Positions 27,514 through 38,024 of a DNA stretch of 47,834 nucleotides are shown piece by piece. The number at the start of each line of letters is the position of its first letter. Position 1 is the first letter of the stretch. Below the pieces are notes generated by a model. The model worked only from the letters and a program-made list of their open reading frames with translations. It did no database searches and was not told where the DNA came from. The stretch comes from Promethearchaeota archaeon. Lineage in GTDB: Archaea; Asgardarchaeota; Lokiarchaeia; Sigyniarchaeales; SOKP01. Both the position numbers and the translations under genes were made by a program. The stretch lies in contig JBHLOC010000035.1 of assembly GCA_048940925.1 (NCBI GenBank), forward strand, positions 1,922-49,755, written 5' to 3'.

Positions 27514-28302
27514 ATGCCAAGAAATCAAATACAAGATATTAATATGTACTATGAAATAATTGGGGAAGGTCAACCCCTTCTTTTAATTCATGGTTTGGGT
27601 TCCAGTACGCGCGATTGGGAAGAACAAGTTCCAGCTTTCTCCCAAAAATATCAAGTTATTACCATAGATCTTCGAGGTCATGGTAAGACTGATAAACCGA
27701 AAGGACCTTACAGTATACCTATGTTTGCTCAAGATATTGCCGAATTGATGAGATCATTAAATATCAATCAAGTAAATGTTATTGGTATCTCCTTAGGTGG
27801 ATCAATTGCATTTCAATTTGCCATTGATTATCCCAAAATGGTAAAAAATCTCATTATAGTGAATACTGGAGTAGAATTCAAATTGGATTCATTTAAAGCG
27901 AGATTTAATTTCTTTATGCGTAAATTTATTGTCTCATTAGTAGGAATGAAAAAAATGGGGGAGGTTCTTGCACCTAGATTATTTATAAAGCCCGAACAAG
28001 AAGATTTAAGGCGGATGCTAATAGAACGATGGGCAGAGAATGATAAAAAAGCATATCTCAGTGCATTAAAATCTTTTAAGGGATGGACTGTAAAAGACCG
28101 TATTCACACAATAAGTTGTCCAACTCTGGTAATCTCCTCTGATGGGGACTATACCTCTGTTTCGGTTAAAGAAGAATACACAGCATTAATTCCAAATGGG
28201 AAGGTAAAAGTGATTGATGATGCTCGTCATGCTGTAACTATGGAAAAACCAAAAGAATTCAATGAAGTAGTAATGGAGTTTCTATACAAACATTCCTCCT
28301 AA
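27514..28302 (+). CDS. alpha/beta hydrolase (3-oxoadipate enol-lactonase-like)
   Basis: LIHGLG, DLRGHG, GISLGG nucleophile elbow, D and H triad positions. Confidence 0.88.
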   Translation: MPRNQIQDINMYYEIIGEGQPLLLIHGLGSSTRDWEEQVPAFSQKYQVITIDLRGHGKTDKPKGPYSIPMFAQDIAELMRSLNINQVNVIGISLGGSIAFQFAIDYPKMVKNLIIVNTGVEFKLDSFKARFNFFMRKFIVSLVGMKKMGEVLAPRLFIKPEQEDLRRMLIERWAENDKKAYLSALKSFKGWTVKDRIHTISCPTLVISSDGDYTSVSVKEEYTALIPNGKVKVIDDARHAVTMEKPKEFNEVVMEFLYKHSS

Positions 28303-28513
28303 ATATTACAAGTTTCTATAGCATTTTTTGGAATAACTTGATTTGTAGATTCAATTATTTTATATTTTTTCAATAAGAAATAATTAATTTTAGAAATTAG
28401 GCTTCTCCTTCCAACAGAGCGAAATTGAAATAAATGGTCGACATAAGCGCTATGATGTATTTTATCAACCATTTAACTTCAACCTCATATACAATCCTAA
28501 GAATTAGTCCCTT

Positions 28514-29650
28514 TCATTTATTCTTCTTCTCTAAATTATTTTTAGTAACACAGTACACAGGACCTTTTTCCATTACTGCGAGGCAAGAATTACAACTGGT
28601 ACACTTTGCAGGCGTCAAATCACCACTCTTCCATCGATTGGGAAGATCAGGTTCATAGATCAGAGGTCTACATAATGATATAAAGTCAGCATCTCCTTGT
28701 TGAAGAATACTTTCTGCTATTATCGGATTTCGAATTCCACCAACAAGTAATAATGCACATTCTTTCATGAAAGGTTTTATATTCTTCGCAAATGGTAGAA
28801 AGTAATTCTCTTGTTCAGTCTTTTTAATTATCTTACTAGGAGGGGTATTTTTCATAAATTCAATAGATTCACTCCCTCCTCCGCTAGGTTCAATTCCATC
28901 AAAGCCAGCACTAGCAATAATTTTTGCGATCTCAATCCCTTCTTCTTCAGTTATTCCATTTGGGATAAAATCTTGAGATTGTAATTTTATTATAATAGGA
29001 AACTGATTTCCAAGCTCATCTCTGATTCCATCATGAATATCCACTAAAATTTTTGTTCTCCCCTGAGTGGAGCCACCAAACTCATCTGATCGAACGTTTG
29101 TATAAGGCGAAATAAAGTTGTTAAGAAAGTATCCATGAGCAGCATGTAATTGAACCATATCATAACCACACTCATATGCTCTTACCCCTGCATTTATAAA
29201 CTTCTTTATAAACTCTCGTACTTCTTCAGTTGTTAATTCTCGAGGTGTAATTCCTGTCCTTTTATAAGGAATAGGTGAAGGAGCAAAATTAGGATATTTT
29301 GGATGATATCCTAATCGACCTAAATGATTATATTGTATAGCAATTTTGGTATTATCATATTCATGTATTAAGTTAACTAATTTTTTGTGTCCAGGCATGT
29401 GAGAATCATCATATAAACACACTTGATAAGGTCCCCCAGAAGCACTAGGGTCCATTGCTACTGCTCCTGTAATGATTAAACCAGTACCTCCTTTTGCTAA
29501 TTCTTCATACATTTTGAGAAGTCGCTTCCCGACGTACCCATATTTCTCAGCCATAAACATAAATGTAGCAGATCTTACAATTCGATTTTTAATTTGAATA
29601 TTCCCAATTTTTCCTGAACTGAATAGTTTTTTTAATTCCATATAAATCAC
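28514..29650 (-). CDS. NADH:flavin oxidoreductase (Old Yellow Enzyme family)
   Basis: IKNRIVRSAT, QLHAAHGY.L..FISP..N.R.DEFGG, RPLI.EPDLP, C-terminal C..C..C...C; likely start ATG 29641. Confidence 0.92.
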   Translation of the reverse strand: MIYMELKKLFSSGKIGNIQIKNRIVRSATFMFMAEKYGYVGKRLLKMYEELAKGGTGLIITGAVAMDPSASGGPYQVCLYDDSHMPGHKKLVNLIHEYDNTKIAIQYNHLGRLGYHPKYPNFAPSPIPYKRTGITPRELTTEEVREFIKKFINAGVRAYECGYDMVQLHAAHGYFLNNFISPYTNVRSDEFGGSTQGRTKILVDIHDGIRDELGNQFPIIIKLQSQDFIPNGITEEEGIEIAKIIASAGFDGIEPSGGGSESIEFMKNTPPSKIIKKTEQENYFLPFAKNIKPFMKECALLLVGGIRNPIIAESILQQGDADFISLCRPLIYEPDLPNRWKSGDLTPAKCTSCNSCLAVMEKGPVYCVTKNNLEKKNK

Positions 29651-29655
29651 TCATG

Positions 29656-30096
29656 CTAATTAAGAAAATATTTTAGAAACTCATTAATATTTTTTAATTT
29701 GTTAGTTTTTAAATCCAATACAAATCTTACGCCTTCAACCTTAGCCTAAATTTCTTCATTTTCCTCTTTGTATAACTCATGCGAGAATGTAATTGAGCTA
29801 TTCCCAATTTTCTTTATTGAGGTCTCAACAATAATATAACCACCGAACTTTGCTGAACCTTCATATGTGATATTGACATGCCTTACTCCACAAGCAAGTC
29901 CTTCATGAATCATTTCTTCGATCCCTCATTTATTTCTAATAGAATTCATAAAACTTACAAAACCATCAGCGAAATAAACCATATAATTTTTAAAATGAAC
30001 CACTCCCATAGCATCAGTATCATTAAACCGAACCTTAACTTTTGTCGAATCTCTATTTGCTAAGAGTTTATTATTTATATCATCTTCTAAATCCAT
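29656..30096 (-). pseudogene. acyl-CoA thioesterase (4HBT/YbgC hotdog fold) with two in-frame stops
   Basis: VRFNDTDAMGVVHFKNY..YF...V.HVNITY...AKFG...KKIGNSSITF; TGA at 29926-29928 and TAG at 29746-29748; no frameshift. Confidence 0.85.
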
Positions 30097-30158
30097 TATA
30101 TTAGAAAAAGTAGTATTATTATAAAATCTCCCTAAAATTGTTTATTAAGCATTTTATT

Positions 30159-31526
30159 TTAGATCATTTTATCAAAATTTACTTTTTTTAAGTTATTTAA
30201 TCGTTGGAAAAATACTTTTTCCGTTGCTTCCATATCTGGAATTATATTTTTAAGCACAGGTATCCAGAAGAAGGGAAGCGTAATCCAAGCTATTATTGCT
30301 GTCATCATTCCATATACAGATCCAAATAAATCTCCTACAATTGATCCAATTAGTGGTCCAATAGACCTCCCAATTATATCAAAAAAGTTAGCAGTTGCAA
30401 GGGTTGTCCCACGATGCTCTGGAAGATTTAGATCTACAACAATTGCGTACCAACTCCCATTAACAGCACCATTCGAAAACATACCCACCATCATTAAGAT
30501 TGCCATTGTTAACGCTCCTGGAAGGGTAAATAATTCTCCTACAGATACATTATCTGGAGCCTTAAAAGGTATAATTAAAGCAATAAATACAAGTGGTATA
30601 GGGACTACATTGCCCATAAGGGCTAATAGCACTCTTGCCTTTCTTTTCCCTTTTTTAAATAGATTGTCCCCAATAAAACCAAATACAATTGTGCCAATAA
30701 GAGTACTGATGAGAATAGTTGCCAAAAAAATTAATGAAATATCTCCTGGTACATTATGATAATCATTCATATAGTAAAATATGAGAAACATAATGATCCC
30801 TGTTGGAATTGTATCAATAAAATTAATAATTAACCAAATATTGGATTTTTTTTTAAAAATAACCTTCAAATCAGTTTTCTTTATTCTATATGTATAACTT
30901 ATCGTTTCTTTTTCGGTTATAAAAGCGAAATCTATACCAACTCGAGAAGGTTCACGAAAAAATAGAATTAGAATAGTATTAACCAATCCCAGAATACCTA
31001 CTATAAAATATGATAACCTCCAATCCGTAGGACCAGTGAGTGTTGCCAATATTAGCCCTAATGCTATTCCTAAAAGTGAAGCAATAGAAAAAAATGAAAA
31101 TCCTTTTGATCTATCATCTTGTGATATTAAATCCCCTATCAGAGAAAAGATACTGGGAGTTATTGCCCCAAACGCGATACCATTCATAGAAGTAAGGAAA
31201 AAAAATAGAAAATATCCCCTAAGATTGGCTGAAACAAAAATAATAAAGATCGAAAAAATTGAATAAAATAGACTCCCAAAGAGAACTATCCATTTTCTAG
31301 TAATTTTATCTGTCAAATAACCAAAAAAAATAATAGACCCACCAGATAAAATAGTAAATGTAGATGTTAAAATGCCTAGCGGAGCAGTTCTTCCTCCAAA
31401 ATCAAAATAATAAGAAATGATCTGGAGATTTGGAGATATCATATTTTGGACTGATGAAATTAATGAAAGGATTACAATTAATAATACAATAGATAAAAGA
31501 GAGGAGTGAATAGGTTTATTTTTCAT
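30159..31526 (-). CDS. MFS transporter
   Basis: About 12 TM helices; motif A G.LTDKITRK; D....RSKG and PEHRGT. Confidence 0.9.
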   Translation of the reverse strand: MKNKPIHSSLLSIVLLIVILSLISSVQNMISPNLQIISYYFDFGGRTAPLGILTSTFTILSGGSIIFFGYLTDKITRKWIVLFGSLFYSIFSIFIIFVSANLRGYFLFFFLTSMNGIAFGAITPSIFSLIGDLISQDDRSKGFSFFSIASLLGIALGLILATLTGPTDWRLSYFIVGILGLVNTILILFFREPSRVGIDFAFITEKETISYTYRIKKTDLKVIFKKKSNIWLIINFIDTIPTGIIMFLIFYYMNDYHNVPGDISLIFLATILISTLIGTIVFGFIGDNLFKKGKRKARVLLALMGNVVPIPLVFIALIIPFKAPDNVSVGELFTLPGALTMAILMMVGMFSNGAVNGSWYAIVVDLNLPEHRGTTLATANFFDIIGRSIGPLIGSIVGDLFGSVYGMMTAIIAWITLPFFWIPVLKNIIPDMEATEKVFFQRLNNLKKVNFDKMI

Positions 31527-31737
31527 AATATTAATTAAATGAAAATCTTTAAAAATTTACGCATATAAACTTTTAAATTCAAATCTTCCCGTTTCACTCC
31601 TCATAAAAAATTTTTTTATCCCCAATAATTTTTGAGACTGGGATTCAAATAAATACAGAATTAATAAAATGGATTTTATTTTAAAGATTAAAATATAGAA
31701 TTTTATAATTTTTATGGAGAATTTAAGTTCTTACTTT

Positions 31738-32145
31738 TTATTTTTGTATTTTAAATTTTTCAAGGATCTGCTTCATTGTTTCATAATTCATCAAACCTAC
31801 AAATTTCCTTAAAATTCGTTCATTATTTAGGAACAAAGTTGTAGGGATTGAAGTAATTCCATAAGATTGAGCAATCCCCGGATTTTCATCAACATTTATT
31901 TTTATAAAAATAAAATCTCTGTAATATTCTTGATGAATTTTCTCAAAAATGGGGGAAAATATTTTACAAGGAGCACACCAGACTGCCCAAAAATCAATAA
32001 CTATAATCTTTTCTGGAAATTTTGTTAATAATTTTAATAATTCATTATAATTATGAAGATCTATGATCTCTTTAGGTAATGATTGAAGTTTCATTAACAT
32101 TTCTACTTTTCGCTGTCTTATTTTTTCTAACTCGTCATCTGACAT
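31738..32145 (-). CDS. trxA: thioredoxin with N-terminal helical extension
   Basis: DFWAVWCAPCK, INVDEN, SIPT; N-terminal SDDELEKIRQRK helix; ATG 32145 preferred over TTG 32163. Confidence 0.88.
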   Translation of the reverse strand: MSDDELEKIRQRKVEMLMKLQSLPKEIIDLHNYNELLKLLTKFPEKIIVIDFWAVWCAPCKIFSPIFEKIHQEYYRDFIFIKINVDENPGIAQSYGITSIPTTLFLNNERILRKFVGLMNYETMKQILEKFKIQK

Positions 32146-32406
32146 CTTAGTTTTAATATCCAACTAGTGTTTTCTTATATTGAACATATTAAATTTGTTA
32201 TTTAAACATCGTTGTTATTAAGTAAAATTTCTGATAATAGCACGAATTTGTATAACAAAATATATGAAAAATTATTAAAATTGTGAAAATTGCTAGAGAG
32301 TGATAATTATTTATAGAAATATTTGTTAGTTTAAAATATGATTATCTTTATTGATCATAATCAAATATTTTAAATCTTTATTATAGATAGGAGTAATGAG
32401 ATAATT

Positions 32407-33270
32407 TTGAACATTCAAGTAATTAGAAAGAACGATCTAAATCTTATAGACCGTATTTGCCTTGATCCCAGTGTGGATAAAGAAACTCGTACTCTTATGG
32501 AAAATGGTATGTCTAATCGAATTAAATGGATTAAAACAATGATGTCAAAAGGACTAGAAATATTAGTAGCACTTGAAGAGACCCGGGAGGATGTCATTCA
32601 TTATAAATGGGTAGGAAAAATCAAACATTCGGATTTAGCGGTTGAGAATCAAGTTCCAATGGGATCACTTGAATATTTGCCAATCGAACAAGCATTTGAA
32701 CCTGTTAAAGGAAAATTTTCTCTTTTCATTAATTGTATCTGGATTTTACCACCTTTTTGGAATACAGGAGTGGCTAGATCACTCATGAAAGCTTTCATTC
32801 AGAAAGCAAAGCAAATAGGGGGTGCGAGCGTTATTGCATATGACGAAGATAGATGGTTTGGAACATCTATTCGATATTTACCATCGAATTTTTTCAAAAA
32901 ATTTGGATTTAAAGAAGTAGATAAAGATGAGAGTCGTCTGCTTATGTTCTTAGATTTAGGTTCAAATACTCCACCTGAATTTATAAAACCAAAAACAATC
33001 TCATCTATAGAATCGGATATAATAACTTTAGATATATTTTTTAATAGTCAATGTCCTTGGTCTATATATATGGTTAATACCATCAAAGAAGGGATAAAAA
33101 AATATCCTAAAGTAGAGCTTAATCTAATTAATACAGATGATAGAGATGTAATTGAACAAACGGGAATATCTAGAGGAATTAGAATAAATGGAATCCCAGT
33201 TATTAAAAGAATGGCTTCTTGGGAAGAAGTTGAAACGCAACTTAATAAAATCCAAAACGAAATTAAATAG
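32407..33270 (+). CDS. GNAT acetyltransferase with C-terminal thioredoxin-like domain (YoaP-like)
   Basis: EYLP.E, INCIWI...WNTGVARSL, FFKKFGF, SQCPW. Confidence 0.7.
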   Translation: MNIQVIRKNDLNLIDRICLDPSVDKETRTLMENGMSNRIKWIKTMMSKGLEILVALEETREDVIHYKWVGKIKHSDLAVENQVPMGSLEYLPIEQAFEPVKGKFSLFINCIWILPPFWNTGVARSLMKAFIQKAKQIGGASVIAYDEDRWFGTSIRYLPSNFFKKFGFKEVDKDESRLLMFLDLGSNTPPEFIKPKTISSIESDIITLDIFFNSQCPWSIYMVNTIKEGIKKYPKVELNLINTDDRDVIEQTGISRGIRINGIPVIKRMASWEEVETQLNKIQNEIK

Positions 33271-33429
33271 AAGACAGTTTTTATACAAATATAATAGGTG
33301 TACTATAAAGATGATTTATGTTAAGAAATGAATAAAAACATGGAATCCCAATTTATACTTCTCATTAAAAATACTTAAAAGAATAAATTTCTTTAATTAA
33401 ACTTATAGAAGTATTAGGTATTATCCTCT

Positions 33430-34188
33430 TTGAAAATTCATTCACTTTTCATTCTTAAAAAGTCAGGTATTTGTATTTTTGATAGAAATTTTACAAAAGA
33501 TTTTGAGAATATTGATGTTCATTTAGTCACACCTTTCTTTTCAGCCATTTTTTCTTTTTCTGAACAAGTAATCTCAAAAAAAACACCTGAAATTCTTGAG
33601 ATGAGTGAATTTAGATTTGTATTTAAAACTCAAAAAGACTTTATTTTTAGTATTTTATCAGATTCTACTGTAAGTCTTTTATTTGTCACTTCTCGCCTTT
33701 CAAGAATTATGGATGAATTCTTCTATAAATTTAAAGATACGAGTAAAATTAAGGATTATAAACAAATTGAAGATCCTGAATTTGAAGAGTTAGTGGATTC
33801 GATAATTACAGGCGCAGATGAGATAGATACAAGTAAGGTTTTTTACAAAAAAGTAATAAATATTTTTAAGGATTCTATTTTTCAAGATGAGATCGCTGGG
33901 GCAGCTCTTTTAACAACTAAAGGAAATGTTATTTATACATCTCTCCCAAATGAGATTTTAGATAATTCTTTGAAAGAATTAGAGATAAGATTTATGGTTG
34001 GTGCCTTGGACCTGCCAGAACTGTTTTACAGCCTAGAAAATGGACAAAAAGTCTTCTTAAAAATTGTGGATATTCCTTGGAAACTTGATCCTCTTTTAAT
34101 AGTTGTGCTTTACGACAATGTAATACCATTAGGTATGGCAGAATTAAATTTGGAAAAAATAGCGGATAAAATTATTAATATAATCTAA
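33430..34188 (+). CDS. longin + roadblock/profilin-like two-domain protein
   Basis: N-terminal LFILKKSGICIF...LVTPFFSAIFSFSE (longin); C-terminal IAGAALLTTKGNVIY...LIVVL.....LGMA (roadblock-like). Confidence 0.7.
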   Translation: MKIHSLFILKKSGICIFDRNFTKDFENIDVHLVTPFFSAIFSFSEQVISKKTPEILEMSEFRFVFKTQKDFIFSILSDSTVSLLFVTSRLSRIMDEFFYKFKDTSKIKDYKQIEDPEFEELVDSIITGADEIDTSKVFYKKVINIFKDSIFQDEIAGAALLTTKGNVIYTSLPNEILDNSLKELEIRFMVGALDLPELFYSLENGQKVFLKIVDIPWKLDPLLIVVLYDNVIPLGMAELNLEKIADKIINII

Positions 34189-34242
34189 TTTTGATACAGG
34201 ATTATAAAAAAAAATAAAATAGATATAAGAAAAAACTTTTTT

Positions 34243-35946
34243 TTAAATTATCCAAAAATAGAAACAGGCTAAGCCTAATAGAAACGCTATAACTACCCAA
34301 AAGTATCTTAGATGCTTTGCGTAATTCCGATGTCTTCTGCCACCCTCAGTCCATATTGTATCTACTTGTATGTAGGGTATTGGCCCCCTTCTGTACCATC
34401 CTTTAATCCGAACTCTTTGCCCAATTAATCTATTTACAGTTCTGAGAGAAAAAATAAGATCAACTATTCCAATACCAAACCGATAATCTATATACATTAA
34501 ACCTGTGTTGTCTTGGAAATACATGTCTTCGCTGAAATAATATCCTGGGATTCCCTTTCCTACAATTCTACCCTCTACAATTGCTGGAACTGGTCTTACT
34601 GGGCTTACTTTGACATTTGTTACTAAACTTAATACGTTATTCGCTTCAAATCCACCTTTATACATGTACCTTATCTTAATAATTGATGCAAAGCCGATTA
34701 CATAAAATCCAATAGCCCATAGAAATAAAAGATTTGACCCATTCAAAAATGGTAAAGAGATCCAACCAACAAGGCTAAATATCCACGCAATTGTTAATCC
34801 GAGTAAGCCAAGAAAAAGCAAACTTGGTAATGATTTAATGAAAATATCCCAAATAAATTGATCTAATAATGTTTTTCCGGCTTGAGCTTCTTTTAATTCT
34901 CTTGCATAGGAGAAATCAATTTCAGGTTTTAGACCATACATTTCACATTGGGCATTTAAACGCATAATTCTTTTTGCTGGTAATGGGTGTGTTGAAAACG
35001 TTTGGTAATATCTAGCCCATGGATTGAATAAATCCCAAGCTGCGGCTGCTTGAATTGCTTCCATAGATAAAACATTTTTAGAAGTTACACTGATGACTCC
35101 CAATCCTCTTGCTGCCTTAGGATCAAAAATTCCTAATCCTCTAAGGCCCCGCACCCTTGAGCGATTTCGTTCTTCAATGTTTCCATCTATCAAGAGTCCA
35201 TAAGCAATTTTAACAAGTCCAGTCGATAATGCATTTGGATCTTCCAATACTTCCGCACTATGTTCATCTGCATAATATTCGCGGATTCTACTAACAATTA
35301 ACGATATTAAGTATCCTATATAATAACTAATATATGATAAAATTGCAATAGCGATTAAAGCAAGCGTAATAAGCCCTGCCTCATTATTATCACTTGAACT
35401 TCGTCTACCTCCAGAGAACCAAGAAGCATAATATGCCCATCTCGCAACAGTCAGCAAAATTAAGGGAATGGCAAAAACAATGGTCATTAAAATGAAATCA
35501 GAATGAACAACATGTCCTAATTCATGTGAAAATACAGCATTTTGTTCCTTTTTGTTTAAATAATTTAATATTCCATCAGTTATTACAATTCTCGCTGAAT
35601 TTTTTGTCCAACCGTAAGTAAATGCGTTAGGATTCATATCATGAATAATCCCAAGTCTTGGTCTTTTAATCCCGTTAAATTGAACTACTTTATCTAACGA
35701 ATCTGCCATATGTGGATATCGTGATGCAAATTCCTCGTAAGGAATCCAATCTATTCTATATAACCAACCTATGATTAGGGGGGATATTCCGTATTGGAAT
35801 AAAACGATTAATATGGTAAATCCGATCATCAATAGTAATCCAAATATCGAAGAAGGAAGAAACCAAACACCTATTACGAATACTACAGCATAAAGAAGAG
35901 CAAATAAAGCAGTTGTAGCAATTCCTGATGCTAATCTTAATCCTAT
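34243..35946 (-). CDS. htpX: HtpX/M48 zinc metalloprotease with C-terminal TM + OB-fold-like extension; probable ATA start
   Basis: PNAFTYG, HELGH, SRIREYYAD, FSTHP; 38 in-frame hydrophobic codons upstream of TTG 35832 begin at ATA, 6 nt after AGGTGA. Confidence 0.88.
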   Translation of the reverse strand: MGLRLASGIATTALFALLYAVVFVIGVWFLPSSIFGLLLMIGFTILIVLFQYGISPLIIGWLYRIDWIPYEEFASRYPHMADSLDKVVQFNGIKRPRLGIIHDMNPNAFTYGWTKNSARIVITDGILNYLNKKEQNAVFSHELGHVVHSDFILMTIVFAIPLILLTVARWAYYASWFSGGRRSSSDNNEAGLITLALIAIAILSYISYYIGYLISLIVSRIREYYADEHSAEVLEDPNALSTGLVKIAYGLLIDGNIEERNRSRVRGLRGLGIFDPKAARGLGVISVTSKNVLSMEAIQAAAAWDLFNPWARYYQTFSTHPLPAKRIMRLNAQCEMYGLKPEIDFSYARELKEAQAGKTLLDQFIWDIFIKSLPSLLFLGLLGLTIAWIFSLVGWISLPFLNGSNLLFLWAIGFYVIGFASIIKIRYMYKGGFEANNVLSLVTNVKVSPVRPVPAIVEGRIVGKGIPGYYFSEDMYFQDNTGLMYIDYRFGIGIVDLIFSLRTVNRLIGQRVRIKGWYRRGPIPYIQVDTIWTEGGRRHRNYAKHLRYFWVVIAFLLGLACFYFWII

Positions 35947-36168
35947 AATTTTTCACCTTTTAATTAGATTTTTTTTCAAGAAAAAAGGAGTTAAAAACTT
36001 TTTTCTTGTCATGAGAAATCTGGGTCATTATTCTAAAAAAACTTTTGGTATATCGATATAAAATTTCTAAATTATCCGCTTATATGGTAATAATTTGATT
36101 CTAAAACTTAAAAACTATAAAAGCATTATTTAATATAATTTCTTTTGATTAGAAAATAGTGTTTTTCC

Positions 36169-37434
36169 ATGTATGATGTCATTATCATTGGTGCAGGAAT
36201 AGCTGGTGCTTCATTTGCCTCCAAAATATCAAAATATGCCAAAACACTTTTAATAGAGGCTCAAGATTATAAAAAAGAGATTCCCTTAAAAACAAATATT
36301 TTTCCTGAACATAACAGACCTTTTATAAAGGAAATAGATTGGCAAAATAGAACAATCTTTCCGTGCACTCATACAAAATCAAATTATATGAGTGATGAAT
36401 TTAATGGTGTGATTGATTCAACCGAATTTGGAATCCCATTAGGAAATGTATGCTATACTGAAAACCTTATAGGTAAATTTATCACCCAACTTGAACAACA
36501 CGATGGAACTTTTATTTCTAATGAAAGAATCTCAAATGTAAGCAGATACAGCGATTATCTGGAATTAATCAATAATAAAGGTGATACATATACCACAAAA
36601 TTATTAGCATTGGCGACTGGTTCACGTGGATTTGATCTGCAACGATCCTTAGGATTTGAGATTCCGGATCATTACACTGGAACTTATCTCCATTTATATG
36701 GAGATGAAGATAAGATTAACGAAAATTTAGAATATAATTATACTTTTCACATAAATCCAAAAATTTCACGGAATGGACCATTTTTTCTTAATAAAGGAAT
36801 AGAACGTGTTTCTGCGGGGTATCTTGGTGGAAAAAATGAATCTAAGGAAGAAATTATATCCAAACTTGAAAGAATTTTAAAAAATTACAAACCAATTCAA
36901 CCCTTCATAAATGGATTGAGCTATAATATATCTGCGGCGGTGGTAGGAGATATCTCAAAACACCCTATCAAAAAACTTTCACAAGATCGAGTGTTGGTAT
37001 TAGGAGAAGCTGCAGGGATAGTAACTGCTTTCTTTTACGAAGGATTGTTATCAGGAGTTGTATGTGCTGATGTGGCTACTAACACTTTAAAGTCATTAAT
37101 TGAAACAGGTAGCAATTTTGGCCGATTAGAACTTAGTAAGTATGATCAAGAAGCTAAACGTATCTTAATGCCTTATTTTAAGAACGGTAATGCACTTGAA
37201 TATTTAATCTATAACGAGAGTTCTTATGTAAAAACCCTCTGGCGCTTATACACGGAAGTACTAAATCAAGATAAACAAGCTAGACAATATATTTACGAGG
37301 CATATATTAATCACGATCTTTCTAAACATAATACTAGTAATGACAGATATGTTGGAGAAAAATGGTTTGCAAAACTTCCAACTCTTTCTAAAATAGCACT
37401 AAGTCCAAAATTTTTTAGAGCTATGCTTTTATAA
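36169..37434 (+). CDS. FAD-dependent oxidoreductase, geranylgeranyl-reductase-like
   Basis: YDVIIIGAGIAG, ATG, LGEAAG.V..F..EG. Confidence 0.75.
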   Translation: MYDVIIIGAGIAGASFASKISKYAKTLLIEAQDYKKEIPLKTNIFPEHNRPFIKEIDWQNRTIFPCTHTKSNYMSDEFNGVIDSTEFGIPLGNVCYTENLIGKFITQLEQHDGTFISNERISNVSRYSDYLELINNKGDTYTTKLLALATGSRGFDLQRSLGFEIPDHYTGTYLHLYGDEDKINENLEYNYTFHINPKISRNGPFFLNKGIERVSAGYLGGKNESKEEIISKLERILKNYKPIQPFINGLSYNISAAVVGDISKHPIKKLSQDRVLVLGEAAGIVTAFFYEGLLSGVVCADVATNTLKSLIETGSNFGRLELSKYDQEAKRILMPYFKNGNALEYLIYNESSYVKTLWRLYTEVLNQDKQARQYIYEAYINHDLSKHNTSNDRYVGEKWFAKLPTLSKIALSPKFFRAMLL

Positions 37435-37483
37435 AATTATAGAATAAGTAAATAAAAAAAATACTAATTAAAAATAATTAAAT

Positions 37484-37708
37484 TTATTCAAAACTTAGTA
37501 TTGGACATAAAACTTTTCCATTTACTTTAAAATCTTCCTTTGTAATTACATTTAGCTTTAAATTACAGGTCGAACAATTCCACTTATAGTTTTTTCTATC
37601 ATCACTCTTAATTATAATGCCACTATCAAAATTATGTTTTACGCCGCAAGGGAATTTATTCACTTCTTCTTGACCACCTTCTCTTGAAAAGTTTTTTGAA
37701 CAATTCAT
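37484..37708 (-). CDS. small Cys-rich (zinc-ribbon-like) protein, possibly frameshifted at its 5' end
   Basis: C...C..H...CSTC...CP; upstream ATG 37743 gives MKIRSDNKFFI and then ATC TG ATG AAT TGT. Confidence 0.4.
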   Translation of the reverse strand: MNCSKNFSREGGQEEVNKFPCGVKHNFDSGIIIKSDDRKNYKWNCSTCNLKLNVITKEDFKVNGKVLCPILSFE

Positions 37709-38024
37709 CAGATAAAAAATTTATTATCTGAACGAATCTTCATTAATAATTTTTTATTTTTTTAAATTATAATATCAATTATAACTATTTAAAGTTACCC
37801 CATGTTTTTCCCACTTATGTAGATTACTTAACGACAAAAAATAAGACTAAAAAATGCATTATATCATTCTAATTATGAACAAATTATAGTTGAAATATGT
37901 TTTATATGAACATAATCCCAACGAATAATAATGTTACATTTAAGTTTTTGGTTTTTAAGTGAACAAAATTTAGAATTAGATTTTTAATCGATATTTGAAA
38001 TTAAGAATTTCCTTAAAATAGTAA

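Noticed and set aside
28299-28472. Possible 57-aa minus-strand ORF (MVDKIHHSAY...) with a GAGGT SD downstream of the OYE gene
   Set aside because: It runs into low-complexity intergenic sequence and has no recognisable family; at most a remnant
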